DNA of 64,000 nt. It comes from Antedon mediterranea (lineage: Eukaryota; Animalia; Echinodermata). The notes under the pieces are model-generated. The model searched no databases. It was given only the letters and a program-made list of their open reading frames with translations, and was not told the DNA's origin. The position numbers and the translations under genes were made by a program. Below are positions 12,901-27,900 of the stretch, one piece after another. The DNA is taken from NCBI RefSeq assembly GCF_964355755.1, contig NC_092678.1, forward strand, positions 18,245,365 to 18,309,364, written 5' to 3'. Numbering within the stretch: position 1 is the first letter of the stretch; each line of letters opens with the position of its first letter.

Positions 12901-15900
12901 TCGAGCATTGAACAATGCTACTGTTGCAGATCGGTATCCTATCCCGTACATGCACGATTTTACAGCATCTCTGCACGGATCCACTATATTTTCTAAGATT
13001 GATCTCGTCCGAGCTTACCATCAGATACCAGTTGAACCTGCTGATGTTCATAAAACAGCAATTACTACACCATTTGGACTTTTTGAATTTGTTCGAATGC
13101 CATTTGGCCTCCGCAATGCCGCTCAAACTTTTCAACGTTTTATTGATCAGGTAACGCGTGGATTGGATTTTTGCTACGCTTATATCGACGACCTGCTTGT
13201 TGCAAGTTCCAACGCCGAGGAACACGAAACTCATCTTCATCAACTATTCACACGTCTTAATGAGTATGGCGTTGTTCTCAACCCAGCGAAATGCCAATTT
13301 GGAGTTTCGTCACTCGAGTTTCTTGGACATCATGTTGATTCGCAAGGTGTCCGACCACTTCAAGTAAAGGTCGAAGCGATACAAAACTTTCCACAACCAA
13401 CTTCTTTACGCAAACTACGTGAATTCCTTGGACTTATTAACTTTTATAGGCGATTTATACCGCAGTGTGCCCAGATTTTACAACCTGTCACAGCTCTACT
13501 TGTTGGGGCAGGTAAGAAACAGGATCTGGTATGGACCGACGCAGCTTTATTGGGATTTAATAATATTAAAGTCGCCCTCGCAAGTGCTACACTTCTCACC
13601 CATCCGCAGCCAGATGCACCTTTAAGTATCATGGTTGACGCTTCGGATGTGGCCATAGGGGGTATACTACAACAATGCATTGACAACAATTGGCAACCTA
13701 TTTCATTTTTCTCACAGAAGTTGAAACCAGCGCAGACGCGATACAGCACATTTGGTCGTGAACTTTTGGCGGCATACCTTTCAGTTAAACATTTTCGTCA
13801 TTCACTTGAAGGACGCTCATTTCATATTTTTACTGACCATAAGCCACTTGTGTATGCTTTACTCGCCAAACCAAATCGCCACTCGCCACGCGAAATCCGT
13901 CATCTCGATTTCATATCTCAATTCACAACGGACATACGCCATGTGAGTGGAAAAGCTAATGCAGCAGCTGATGCATTGTCGCGAATCGAACTTAATACTT
14001 TCAGTCACAACACAACTAACATTGTTGATTTTAGTCTTATTGCTGCTGCACAAAAGAATGACGATGAATTGCACAAGCTACTTGAATCACCGTCTTCACT
14101 ACAATTTCAAAACTTTCCAATTCCAACTTCTGACTCTACAATTCTTTGTGATATTTCCAAAGGCAATCCACGTCCATATATCCCACAAGAATTCAGACGC
14201 ATAATATTTGACACTCTACATTCGCTATCACATCCTGGTATACGAGCAACACAACGTTTAATTACTGACCGTTTCGTATGGCCAGCAATCAATCGTGATG
14301 TACGACGATGGTCTCAAACATGCATTCAATGTCAACGTTCCAAAGTACACCGGCACACCGTTTCGCCACTCTCTACTTTTTCTACACCTGACGCCCGTTT
14401 TGACCATGTACATATAGATATTGTTGGACCTCTCCCTCCGTCAAATGGTTTTTCTTATTTACTCACTTTTATCGATCGTTTTACTCGATGGCCCGAAGCC
14501 GTACCTATTCCGGATATCACAGCCGATACTGTCGCACACGCATTTGTCAATCGATGGATCGCTTCATTCGGAATACCTTCAACCATTACAACAGATCGAG
14601 GAAGACAATTTGAATCTGCATTATTTCATTCACTCGCCAACTTACTAGGAACTAAGCACATTCATACAACTGCCTACCATCCTATTGCGAACGGACTTGT
14701 AGAACGTTTTCATCGACATTTGAAGGGTTCTCTCAAAGCACATAATGATCACACTAAATGGACAGAACATTTACCTATAGTACTTTTAGGCATTCGTACA
14801 GCCCTTAAGGCTGATCTAGGTCATAGTGCAGCTGAACTTGTTTATGGCACTACTTTAAGATTACCTGGACAATTCTTTAATTCAAACTCTGAACATTGTG
14901 ATTATTCTAATTATATTGATAGATTGCGTGATAATATGAGTAAACTACGTCCCACACCTACCCGCACCAACTCTAACCGTAAATCCTATATCAATCAAGA
15001 AATATTTAATTGTACCCATGTTTTTGTGCGAAGGGACTCTGTTCGAAAACCCTTACAACGTCCATATGATGGTCCATTTAAGGTATTAAGTCGAACAGAC
15101 AAACACTTTGTTCTCGATCTAAATGGTCGACAGGACACAGTCAGTATTGATCGCTTAAAGGTAGCTCATTTGGATACTGATATATTTAAAAGCCAAGAGC
15201 AAACCCTCACTCCCAAGCTACAAGCATCACCCCTAGTCAAACCAACCAACCCGTCACCCATTTTGGCAACCCCTCCCCGTACTACTCGTTCTGGTAGACA
15301 TGTTCATTTCCCTCAACGTTTTGTCTCGTTCTATCATTAATTCTTTCACTGGAAGGGGGCTCCTGTAGCAGACCTACCACATAGCTTTTAAACAATTCAA
15401 CATTTACTTTTAATTTGATTATTTATACATCCTCTATATATCTCTTTATTTAACCTCACATTGACAGGTTACCTTCCTGTTACCTTCACTTTTCTAGCTA
15501 ATGGATTTTAAGAATGTTAATGACTCTAACAGAAAACCACATTAATTCTCTTAATCCTAATTGGTCAGATAAGATGGGCCAAGCCCAATATTACCATGCA
15601 CTGACCACATTATTAACACACTCTTTTCTCAACCAGCATCTTAGCTACACCGTTTATTGCTCTGTCTTATCAAATATTGTATATTGTATATTTTATCTAT
15701 TTATTGAGAATCCTCACTTGATTCACTTGGAATAAATTGTATAGTTTACTGTATACATTTAGTAGTTGTTTTATTTTACCGTTGCGCCGACAATTACTAA
15801 AATGCTAACTGTGATCGTTTATTTTCATTGGTTAAAGTTAAAATCACTGATGCATCACTGGATTAGCGTTATTAAATCTACCCTCTCCCGCTAGGGTTAT

Positions 15901-18900
15901 TAACTCCACTGGCACGGCGTAACAGCCCCCTAACGCTAATCTGGACGCCGCTTACATAACGCCACCTTAACGCCTTGAGTCTGAACATACCTCAGACTAT
16001 AGTCAAGGACAGCGTTTGTCATCATTAATTAAAATAAATATTGGTTAAAGGAATTATGTCACACTTCCATCCTATATCCTACTGTATTGGTTTTTTTTTA
16101 AAATAATATGTTTAGAGTTTCCAAAAGATTTTAAAGCGATGTAAACGAAATCGTTGTGGTTTTGCAATACATCCATAACATGAATTAATAATATTAATAA
16201 ATGTTAATATCTTACTTTCAGAGAAAAGAAGTCCAATGATTGCGAGAGTACAGAACCAAGGCAGTTGTTCTTCTTTCAACAAAATGATAACCGATTAACT
16301 GGTAATAATCTACATAATTGTTTATTTATTTGATTAGCATAAAATCAATACAATATATTACAAAAAAAAAAGAGATGAAAAAATGCTGGGCAGGGGCAGA
16401 TTAAGCAAAAGACTTCACTGTAACTCAAAAGTTTCAAATGTTGTAGTATCATAGGCATTTTCCTAAATACAGGTAACATATGACATGTTTTTTACTATAC
16501 CTATAAAACAAAAAGTATCAACAAAATCATAAAGCTTAAATTTCAGTTTGGGCTCTATTTTATATTAACATTTATTTATCAAATAGTAAGCAAATAGTGT
16601 AATTTGTATGGTATATATTATCAATCCTTAAATACAGTGTCAAATATCACATGATTTGAACTGTATTCTACAAACATAATTCCTAGGATATAATTGCATA
16701 TATGTGACTAACACGTGATGGTGTATCATAGAAATTTCCTAAAGATATTGAAGACAATTTAGACATCTGATTCAAATTTTCCCCTAAACGGACAAACAAA
16801 ATTATCATGGTTGAGTAACACTTCTTTTAAAGTGTTGCTCAGGACCCTTTTTTAACCTTTTCAATTTACTTGCAATTTTCCTAGATTAAGAGGCATTTTT
16901 AAGGTGTCTTTTCAAGCCTGCAGCATTTCCTCACTGCACTGGCAGCTTCTTTTGATTATCCAGTTTGTTGTTTCATGTTTAATTTTCCATGCCGACAGCA
17001 TTCCATTCATCTAGTAGATGTTAGACGTCCCCCTCTTTTTTAATTTGAACATGATGTTTTCATAATTAAATATCTGTGAATTAAAAGAACAGTCAAATAT
17101 AATCATTTTGATAAACGTTTTACTGGTTAATAGGAAAATTTAGAATTACCATGACCTAGTTTATACTTACAAAATTTCATCATTTCAAGAATAATTCTAC
17201 ATGCCGAAAACGTTCCCTCCTATTCAATTTGAAAATGAAATCGAAAAAACAGTCCAATAAATAGTGAATGTTTATGAGTTTGATGGTGACTTTTTTATTT
17301 AACTCTGCTCCATCTTATTCTCTCTTTAATGAGGTGGAATTAAGTTAAATAGAGCAGTCAATGAAATATTCTCTCCATTCAACAAATATAAACACCTCCT
17401 GTTCTCAATCTATCCATTTTAAACCATTGATGAAGACTAAAGGGTCTTTCACATCTGTTCCGGCACGGTTCAGGAAAATCCAATTGAACGTCAATGTTTA
17501 GTTTTCACGCGGCTACTCGCATATCAATTGGCGCATAGCCGCGTTAAGCGTCATGAAAACTAAACATTGATGTTTGATTCGCCGGATCGGTCAGCAAAGT
17601 TATTCAGTGCTCCAACTTTGGACACAGAGTAGAACAATTTTAGATGTAGCGCACCACAAGTTGATTTTCGATCACGGATCAGTCATCAACCTGCATGGCA
17701 AACATTCTAAAAATGTTTACAAAAACCATTAGATATCAAATTCTGAATGACATGTGATGTGTATAACCAATCAAATAGCAAGAATACAATCAGGTGTGAT
17801 ACATAGTATTTAAAAACATGCCTTTTTACCGATAATAAGGAGATTTTCATTTTTGACATAGGACCTAAGCATACTGTGTTATTGCCCTCCACCTAGAATC
17901 TGCCAAAATTTTTTTAAGGAATTTTGTAAGGCAGCACATACCAATGACCCACATGTTTATGATATGAATTAACATGACATAACTATTTTTCAAGGTCTGT
18001 AGTAATTTACATCAAATATCAGTAAATAGCTTAATTAAACCCAAATGTCCTCCTACTGTACAAGCAAGCAAGTATGTTAATGTTTACAGTACCATAATAT
18101 ATTCTAATATTCAATTGATAATTTTGCTTATTTTATAGACGGTCCATTGCAGTTTTATAGAAAAGAAAACATTGAAAATATAACACGGAAGTGGCAGGAA
18201 AATCGCTCACAACTTATGACGGTAAGCCATCAAAAACTATGTTTGAGATTAATTCAAGTGTGAATTTAATTTAAGAAGATATTGCTATCGGCACACATGC
18301 TAATGGCAATGTCTAACGTGTGATTAATTTATTTTTTATTGGCACGGTTGACAGTGCAATGGTTGACAGTGCAATGGTTGACAGTGCAATGGATCAATAG
18401 TTTTTCTATTGCACCTAGTTCCATGTACCAATAAGACAACAGAATTCAAAGTACCTATATCGACCTTGCTGATAGGAAACGAGGTCAATTATAGAAATAT
18501 TTATTTTGTGACGGCCGATCATGATTACATGCACCATTGACTGGCGAATATCCTCATCCATGCCAAATTCATCATCCATGCCAAATTCATCATCCCAAAT
18601 TCATCATCCATGCCAAATTCATCATCCATGCCAAATTCATCATCCATGGCAAAAGCCTCATTCATGTCGATAGCTTCATCCATGCCAATAACTTCATCAA
18701 TGCCGATAGACTCTTTCGTGCTGATAGACTTGATTTGATTTGATTTATTTCGACATCAGTACATAAAATATCACAGACATACAATTAAAATTAGCAAATA
18801 TAAAAATTCCAATATAAAACAAGGATGCCAAGGATAACTCATAAAAGTCCTCTACGGACTTGTTTCCAATGAGGTTCTTTGAAAGAACAGCAAAGGGACA

Positions 18901-21900
18901 AACAATGCAACATATAAAAATTACAAAAAACAGCAAAAAGGACAATCGAAAAAAGAAGAAGCGCTTAATTAAATAGTTTCTAGAGCTAGTGAACGTTCCT
19001 GTAGATACTTTTTAACTTTACTTTTAAAACAACAAACAGTTTGTGATTCCTTAATGTTAATTGGTAAATTATTCCATTCTTTAATAGCATTGTAAAAAAA
19101 GGTCACATGTGCCATTGGCTTGATAGTTGGGATTCTAAAATTAAAATTGCATCCCCTAGTATTGTAATTATGACTGTCTGAAATTCTAATAAAACGATTG
19201 CATAAATAAGGTGGACAACAATGATTATATATTTTAAAAACATGACAGACTCTAAGAAATTCGACACGGTCTTGGACTTTTAACATACCAACGTCGTTTA
19301 GCTGAGATTGACCAACATGAGATCGGGGACCTAACTTTTTTATAAAACGAACCATTTTGTTTTGAGTCGTTTGTAATTTTGATTTTAAATTTTTATTTAC
19401 CGTAGAAGACCATGAGCAAACCGAGTAATCGAACATCGGTTGGATTAAAGCAAAACTAAGAATTTTCGTCAATGTGAATTAAGAAATGATGATTGGCGGT
19501 ACAGAAATTTCAGTCTGCCGTTTGCTTTGTTTATAACAGAGCGGGCAATGACGTCACCTGATACATTTTGGTCAATCTCAATACCTAGATATTTGATAGA
19601 TTTTGATCCATTTATAGTCGTTCCAAAGCAATCAATATAGAATTCGTTTACTTTGTTTAATCTACGTTTAGAACCAAACAGGATGCATTCGGTCTTACCC
19701 ATATGAAGCGAAAGTTGATTGTCGATCAGCCAATTATTGCATGATACGAGATTGTTTTGAAGTTTAGATTGGATTGAGATTGGATCTTTATGGGAGTAAA
19801 AAATTGCACTATCGTCAGCGTACAAAACAACTTTACAATCACTTTCGATACTAGATGGTAGGTCATTCACGTAAATAAGAAAGAGAGGACCCAAAAGGCT
19901 ACCCTGGGGGACTCCACATCCAATCTCAATAGAGTCCGATTTGGTACCTTTAATATCGACAATCTGATTTCGCCCAGACAGGTACGCTTGAAACCAACCG
20001 ATAGACCGGCATCCTAGATACTTAAGTTTTTTACACAAAATATCATGATTGACCGAGTCAAAGGCCTTTTGGACATCGAGTAAAACCATACCCGTAAATA
20101 AACCATTTGACATTTGAACTCTAAGGTGATCTCTAAGATGAATAAGACATGTGTCGGTAGAAAATGATCTACGAAAACCGGATTGATGATCGTAGATAAG
20201 TTGATTCCTTTCAAGGTAATCGGAAACTTTTATATATACCACCTTCTCCAGAATTTTCGAAACTGAGGAGAGAATGCTTATAGGTCTGTAATTGTTAGCC
20301 TCAGTTCTGGAATTCTTTTTATGAAGGGGCATGACTTTTGCGAGTTTAAAATCCGAGGGAATACGTTCGTATTTAATGGAAAGGTTAATTATATGTGATT
20401 GATTTGCCTGTTTAGTCTTCCTCAGCGCAATATTTACTGTCTTTTTTTAGTGTAGGTGTAACTCAAAATAATCAGGCTTTATTTAACAACCTGGTTCTGA
20501 CCCTTCATGTTGGCCCGGGGGTGTATACCTCTATGAAATTGGTTACTTCATGCTTTTAGCATAGTAACATTTTTTTCGTGAATGTTTTTTTTCATTATAT
20601 GCTTTAATGTGGTTTAAAGTTGACAGTGAATATTATGAATTAAAATTTCTTGCGATGAACTAGAGGCAGTTAAAAGGGCCAACTTAAATTAAATGTTAAA
20701 AATGTATTATTATTGGTCCTAAAGTTTAACTGGAAACTGAGGAAATTCGGATTAGGCCCTCCACGGACCCACGGCAGCCAGCAGTGCAGCGCCTACCAGA
20801 TCAGCACACTGGGAGACGATCCCCTACTCTTTTTCGAATAGTTTACTTTACTTGTACTTTAATGTGCACTGGTAGTGTAAGTACACAGGACCAACGGCTT
20901 TACATCCCATCCGAAGGATGAGGCTCCTTTGTTTGGTCACCTAGGTAGGGGTCCGGGACCGCGACAGAACGAGAACGGATGGGGACCCTCCAAAGAAATT
21001 GTATTTTATTTGTCAGGCATTTGTATGATTTGTTTTTATTTTTTTGAATGCGCCTTGAGCACTCTTGAGTGGTATGTGCGCTATAAAAATCCTGTTATTA
21101 TTATTATTATTATTATTAAAGCATCTTGCCTAAGGATGCAATTAGTATGGTACCGATAACCTCGAACCCATGCCTATCACATGCTAGTCCGATTACCATT
21201 ACACCATGACTCTTTGGTGTATATACAGCATCGGCACAGCTATTTCTAGACGATCTCCCATCCAGAACGCAACTGGGCCCAACGTTGCTTAACTTCGTTG
21301 ATCTGACGAGAACCGGTGTTTCAACACAGTGGCTGTATATAATCATTATCTGACTATTGACGTGTAACCATGGCAAAACTATTCTACTGCAGTAACTGTA
21401 TTTTGTACAGTGTATGATTAATTTGAAAAAGACTGACAAATAATAGCTTATTAATGAATAAACACATGTAGTTACTGTGCACAGTAGATTTATTTTGACA
21501 TGAAGTGAAACTTTAAAGTAGGTGTAACTTAAATTGTTCTTATTACAGCATTTAATTAAACATGTCTGTGTGTTTTACACGATACAGACAAAAATGAAGT
21601 TAACTATTAATTTCATCAAAGTGAAAATGTAAATAAAATGTTCAATTGCGATTCTTATGACACATGTTTAATGTAACAAATATGTTCAGTTTTTAATCAA
21701 ATGTTTGAGAGAGATGATATTAATAAAATAATTAAAAACCAACACAAAACACAGTTTTGTAAAGTAAAACCTACCATTACACCAACATGTAAAAGGCTGT
21801 TTGTTTTCCAATCTAGTTAGGGCATGTTGGTACATCTTGTAACGAACATCATCATGTAAAGCAGATGTGGAAACACTTTGACCGTATCATATTTGTAATT

Positions 21901-24900
21901 GGGTAATTTATCTCCCATAACTGAAACACTTTTTAAAATGTAAACCTCCTTGATTCTAAATATAGATGGGGTGAGGGGTAGAAGAAGAAGGGTGTTTATG
22001 TCTGACAAAGTGACTTTAAGAAATACGAGTAAACATCAGAAAGGACAGCATTGATAAACTTATCCTTGATTGGAAAGATAGATGGGATGAATGATGCATT
22101 TTAAATTATTCATTTCAATAGAGATTCAAGTACATACATTTTAGGACAATGTAGTACTCTTTTTTTCTTAAAAATATTAAGTATAATAATTTAATATGAT
22201 TCAACAGGAAAAATATAAGTTTTTGTCTTGCATATTTTCAATGTCAAATCACAACTGCTAGTCAACAGAATGTCAACAATGTAGAATCATAAATGATATA
22301 TTTAGAATTTAATTGTTGATATTGAAAATTTCCTATTTCTTGGCGAGATGACACACTGTAGAGAGTTATGATCCTATAATACACAATCAATTTACAATGA
22401 TTCAGACAGTGATACTGATCAAAATATCCATCCTCATGCGAAGATGTTTAAATTTTGAAGTAATTGACTTTTTTGTTGTTTTTTTGCTTCGAATTGAATA
22501 ATTTTTTAAATTGTGAATTTAAACTTGATTTTGATTGAATTGTTTTCAAATCAAATTGTTTTATTAATCCTTACGGCGTCATTCCTGACGTGCATCAGAA
22601 TTCTAAGGAAGTTGATTGTTTTTCCTGTTTTTCCTCCTATTGTGTACGTCTGCCACAACTTTGACCCTAGAAATTGTAGAAACTCGGTCATGATTAAAAA
22701 CTTTAAGCAAATGTATTGAAAGAAAATATTATTGTTGTATGAAAAATTCTACATATTTAATTAACATTGTTTTGCTGTGCTTTCTGATGACGTATTTTAT
22801 ATTAATATTTAATAACTTAGGGACTCCCCTATGGACTATAAGGGAACTGATGAATATGGATGCTTGTGAGAATACAGTTAACAATGTCAGACTATTTAAG
22901 ACATTGATTTGTGCATTATAAAAGTAAAGATTTCTTTTATCAGGTCCGACAAGATTTGTATCGCCCATAGGCAGGTCCGGTAGTAGGGTGTTTTGGTGGC
23001 GTCCACTTGGTCCATTTTTCAATACCCGCTGCTGAATGTTGGCATAATGTTTTTTTTTTGACAAATTTATATTGAAACTTGTATTGGATAGGAGACACCT
23101 AGTCTAATTTTAAAACAGTACATTGGGTGAGTGTGGCCGAGCGGTTAAGACAGTGGAACCGTAATCCATAGCCATAGCCGTAATGGCGCCGTAGGGCTGC
23201 CGATGACACGATGTGACCCTTAGGGGAGAAGAATGTTGTTGAGAAGATGTAACATCTAAGTCCACAGCGCCTTGGATCACTTTTTGCTGGAATTGGCGCT
23301 TTACAAATTCGTTATTACTTACCAAAAGGAATCTTGAGGGTGCTTGAAAATACTGTTTTATTTTTGTCTCGCCAATCAACTCGTCCACACCTCCTAGAAC
23401 TTCTTTTCACAAAAAAAAGATACTGTTTTTAAATCTAGTAATACTCTTCCTATTAAGTTTTTTACCGTATTTTTTAAATTCCTTATTTTATAAACTTGTT
23501 TCTTTAATATTTATAGAACACATAGTGAAAGTTTTCCTTGGCTTCACCCAATAAAACATATTTTGAAATCTGTTCTGTGGAAACCTTTTACTTATCAGCC
23601 TTTCCAGATCACTCGTTTTGCGATTTACAATTTCCTTCGTGTTTTTTTCTTATCTTTTTTTCTATCGATATTCATGGACAAACCCTAATTATTACCGTTT
23701 GAAGGTCATGTGATTGTGAAAACATGCGGAAATTGTTTATTACTCTGTAATGATATTAGTAACACATCTTTGCCACCTTGGATATGCCCGATAACTTTGA
23801 TTTTTTGATTGCCATGTGACCCAAAATCGTCCAGTTAAATGACAGGAATTTATTTATGTGTTATAATGGGTTTTATTAACATGAGTATAACCTTTGCTAC
23901 CTTATATATGCACATACAGTAACTTTGATGTTTATAGACCGATTGTTCGAAGCAGAAAATAGATTAAAAAAAAGTACTATTTAACAATCATTAAATAGTG
24001 CGTACTATTGCACACGATGTGACCCACAATCGTCCAATCAAAAGATGAAATTTATTTAGGTGTTATAAGAGGTTTTATTAATATAATCCTTGACTCTCTT
24101 TGACTTTGTGATGTTTTTAGACTGTATTTTCAAAGGTAGTTGTACTGTATTGAGTTTGGGTATGACATTTTGCCTAAGAAGGAGGGACTATACTCAATCA
24201 TGTGATTGTACTCGAGCAGTACTAAACGTAGTAATATTTAAGTGCAGCTGTGACTGTGGTATGATATCCTACCCTGAGTTCAAGTTTGTCTGATGCTACA
24301 TTGTTTTTCTCGTATGTTTTAAATATGAAACGTAACTATGGTTTGTGGAGTGATTTCGAACAAAGAGAAGGTTCAATTGTGTCTTGTTTCCATGTAAAGG
24401 TTTATGAGAATAACTTCTGTATGTTGATTGAAAATGTTCATCTGTATGTTACTAAATAATTACATATTAAAAGAGTGCAATGTAGTTACTGCAGTAGAAT
24501 AATGTTCACATGGAGGTACTATTGCACACCATGTGACCCACAATCATCCAATCAAATGACAGGAATTGATTTAGGTTTTATTATTTTATAGGTTCTCTTT
24601 TCTTTTATTGTAATCGCTGAATGTATCGCTGTGAATGTGACTTATCAAAAGAAACTGAAAATGAATAAATGAATTTATATTAACAAACCTACTACAAACC
24701 AAATTAACGTTTATAATCAGCTCCTGTAATAGCTGTCAGTTACAAATTAACTGAAGGTCTTTCCCACCTGTTCCTGTCCGGCTTCAGTTCAGGTCCACAT
24801 CACAATTGAGCGTCCAGGATTAGCAACTTTGCATTTGAATGCCGTGAAAATCAAGCATACTGTATCAAGTAAAAAGAATAGCACATAGCCGTGTGAAACA

Positions 24901-27900
24901 TGATGCGATTTCATTTGCCGGAGCCAGACCATACCTGGACCGGATCAGGTGTGAAAGATGCTTTAAGCTTGGTTCAAATAGGATACAACATATATACACA
25001 AGTATTATTTGACCAATCAAATCCAAACTATTGCTTTATGTCCTATTGCGAACCAAGCTTTATAAATAGCATCCCAAAAGTTGAATTATTACTTTTTGAT
25101 TAAGTGTCAAGCTAGATTTGCTAGATTTTCTAAATCTGCATAGTATTTCTGCGAGTGACAAAATCGTCTTGTGTTGTATTAATATCATCCTTGTGTGTAC
25201 AACTGTACTACCAGAAGTTCCCACTGTTTCTTCTTACATGTCAAATGATTCCTCTGAGCTAGCCAGGTGGTTGAAGTATTACGTTTGTTAAGTGACACAA
25301 ATACATCTATATTCTCTTGTTCTATTAAAACCATGTTTATGTTCCAACCAGAAGTTCCACTGTTGTTTCGTGCATTTCAACTGACATTGTCCGAACCGCT
25401 AGAGTAACAATGTTTTACAAGTCAGATTTTCCAAATCCGCCGAGTCTTCAGTCAGCTTCATCTTGTCAAATTTCATTTTCGTGTTGTATTAAAACCGTCC
25501 TTATGTTTCAACAAGTGAGATTGTCCGACTCCTCGGTGCTAGCCAGGTGTTTGAAGTGTTATGTCCTTTAAGTGACACACTAGATTTTCAACCAGAAGTG
25601 TAATTGTTTCTAACATGTCGAGTGACATTGTCCGAATCCTCAAGGCTAGCCAGGTGCTGGAAATGTTACGTTTTTTTAAGTGACAAAATAGATTTTCTGA
25701 TTCCTCTGAGCATTTTGGCCAGTTACACATTGGCAAAATCTTGATTCTTGTATTAATACATTGTTTCTAACATTGTGTGAATCCTCCTGAGCTGGCCAGG
25801 TGGTTAAAGACTATAACACTTGTAGAATGTAACAACGCCACAAAATACTCCAAAATGAAAGTTCAGAAGAAAAAGGTTAATACTAACATGACTTAAAATA
25901 GAAACCACATCTAAATGGGTTGCGATAAGATCAAGAGTTTTGCGGATACTTACAAAGGGAAGGTGCCTGGATATATTAATGCGATGCTGTTGCATAACGT
26001 ACAGTCATGGGACGACAAATAATAAAGTTAAACAAAGGAAAGGAACAAAGATTTCCGAACAAAGAAGAAAGAAAATTGAGTATCATCGTTCAAATTTGTA
26101 TTAGGAAGAGGGCTTTGTCAGCCATTTGTCATCATTATTACTATCCGATTATATTTTTAATGACACTTACTACTGTACGTTCACATTTAATGTTGCTCAT
26201 GCTTACTGATCATGATTAAGCTGTCTTTTTATGTGAATTTTAAAATGATCCAAAAAAAAAAAAAATAAAATAACATGATCAGCTTAATCACGTTATGGAG
26301 CACTTCGGAGAAACAACCTCAGGAGACATGCGATAGAAATGAAAATATATAATATTTGCTCTTGCATTCAAATTTTATCTGCGAAACGGTGGATTTGCAT
26401 AAACTAAGTCTCCTAGTGGAAAACAGGCTTAAAAGGCACATTTTTTTTGGGTTATATCAAGTGACATACATTTACAAATTCTTTTACTTTCATGTTTTGT
26501 AACATACATTGTTCATTGTCCATTCATCATTAAGATGACAACTGCACTGTCTTCTTTATGATAAAATCAGAAACTGATAGAAAAGATAAATTTGTGAAGA
26601 TTATTGTCTTTCAGTTTCAAGGCTGTTTACTTGTCTTAGGGTTCCCCCGAGTATAGAGTCTCCCTCCTGTGCGCTCTAAATGTACCCCATGTGTATGCGA
26701 TATTAAGTACAGTTGAATTTAACCGCTATCAAGGGATGTCAATTATTGTAAAAAACTTGATGTAATGCAATGGCCTGCTAACTGGCAATTTCCTGTACTT
26801 TATCCATGGACATTTAGTAAATTTGATTTGAAGTTTGACTAAATAAAATCTAACTTTTAGTTGTGTTTTAAACGATTGGAACTTTGACCTTGAGATTCTA
26901 GGATCAGCACTATAACTATTGTGTCTGTATTTAAAAAATTGGTGCGTTGAGATTAGATTTTAATATAGTGCTCACACGTGATTGGCTGAAACAACAGAGA
27001 GTTGTATGGTTGACCAGTTAGAATTTGTTTTTTTTACGGTGTTTATCTGGTTCATTTAACCATCTTATAAGACATCTGATTCGTAGTCATTGACATAAAT
27101 TTAAAGTGTACACAATATTTGTATATTTTTATAAAATACATGTTTAATGATATGAACAATAGTCTTATGTTATGGTCTTCTGCTCATTCAGTAATATAGG
27201 TTTTCTGTATTTCTTTCAATAGTTATTGTAATAATCACATTGCATTATCATACTAATAATAACAAGCAGGAATGTGCGATACTCGGGGTACAGCAAAAGA
27301 AGCTGTAATGACGTCACAATATCATAGGTTGGTTTTACAGACTGTATATATTCTTATTCTCCAAGTCAAGACCTTTGAAGTGACACCAAACACGGCTATA
27401 TTACGATGAAAATCTGGTTTGAAATTAAAAAATCCGGCTCTATAGCTTTGAGGACATGTCCCTGTAGTATATTCATGCCAAATCCCAGCTCAATACTACA
27501 ACGAATTATAAGGGAGGAGTAATACTTTATAAATCGCACTTTTTTCGATTGGTACCATGTTTATGATGTCATATTTCTGCATTGAAGTACGAACATTTTC
27601 TCTCTATATATTTGTTCACCTATTACCCTAGTACATGCATGCCATGTTTCAGAGCCGTCAGACGACGCGTAAAGAACTTGTAGGACTTGAAAGGTTGGCT
27701 CAATAGTGTCGGATGGAAGATGAGAGAGTCCTAGACTCGGGTATCCCGAGTAAAAATATAATAAAGGTGTCATATACATTGAATAAAGAAGAAGAACATG
27801 CTCGCCTTGAGAGAGTGAGTGGCCGCTATGCGACTTACTTCTTAAGAGAGGTTGTTATATAGCACAGGATTTGTAAATCTTATTGTTCAAGATGAAAGTA

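Larger units (their letters stand above)
10787..15801 (+). mobile_element. Full-length Ty3/Gypsy LTR retrotransposon, CsRn1/Kabuki clade
   Basis: Two 438-bp LTRs with 2 visible mismatches; 4-bp TSD atgc (10783-10786 and 15802-15805); tRNA-Trp-type PBS; PPT; uninterrupted gag and pol; CHCC-type Gag zinc motif. Confidence 0.97.
10330..15993. mobile_element. Older TIR element (Harbinger-like) interrupted by the Gypsy insertion
   Basis: Imperfect TIR ggggcctgttcaaactgatggcgtta / taacgccttgagtctgaacatacctc; ggcgtta subrepeats at both ends. Confidence 0.5.

Noticed and set aside
11255-14648. Short ORFs overlapping or antisense to gag/pol
   Set aside because: Shadow frames of the retrotransposon coding region
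17895-17945. Hairpin followed by ACA
   Set aside because: Single short hairpin with no H box or 5' hairpin
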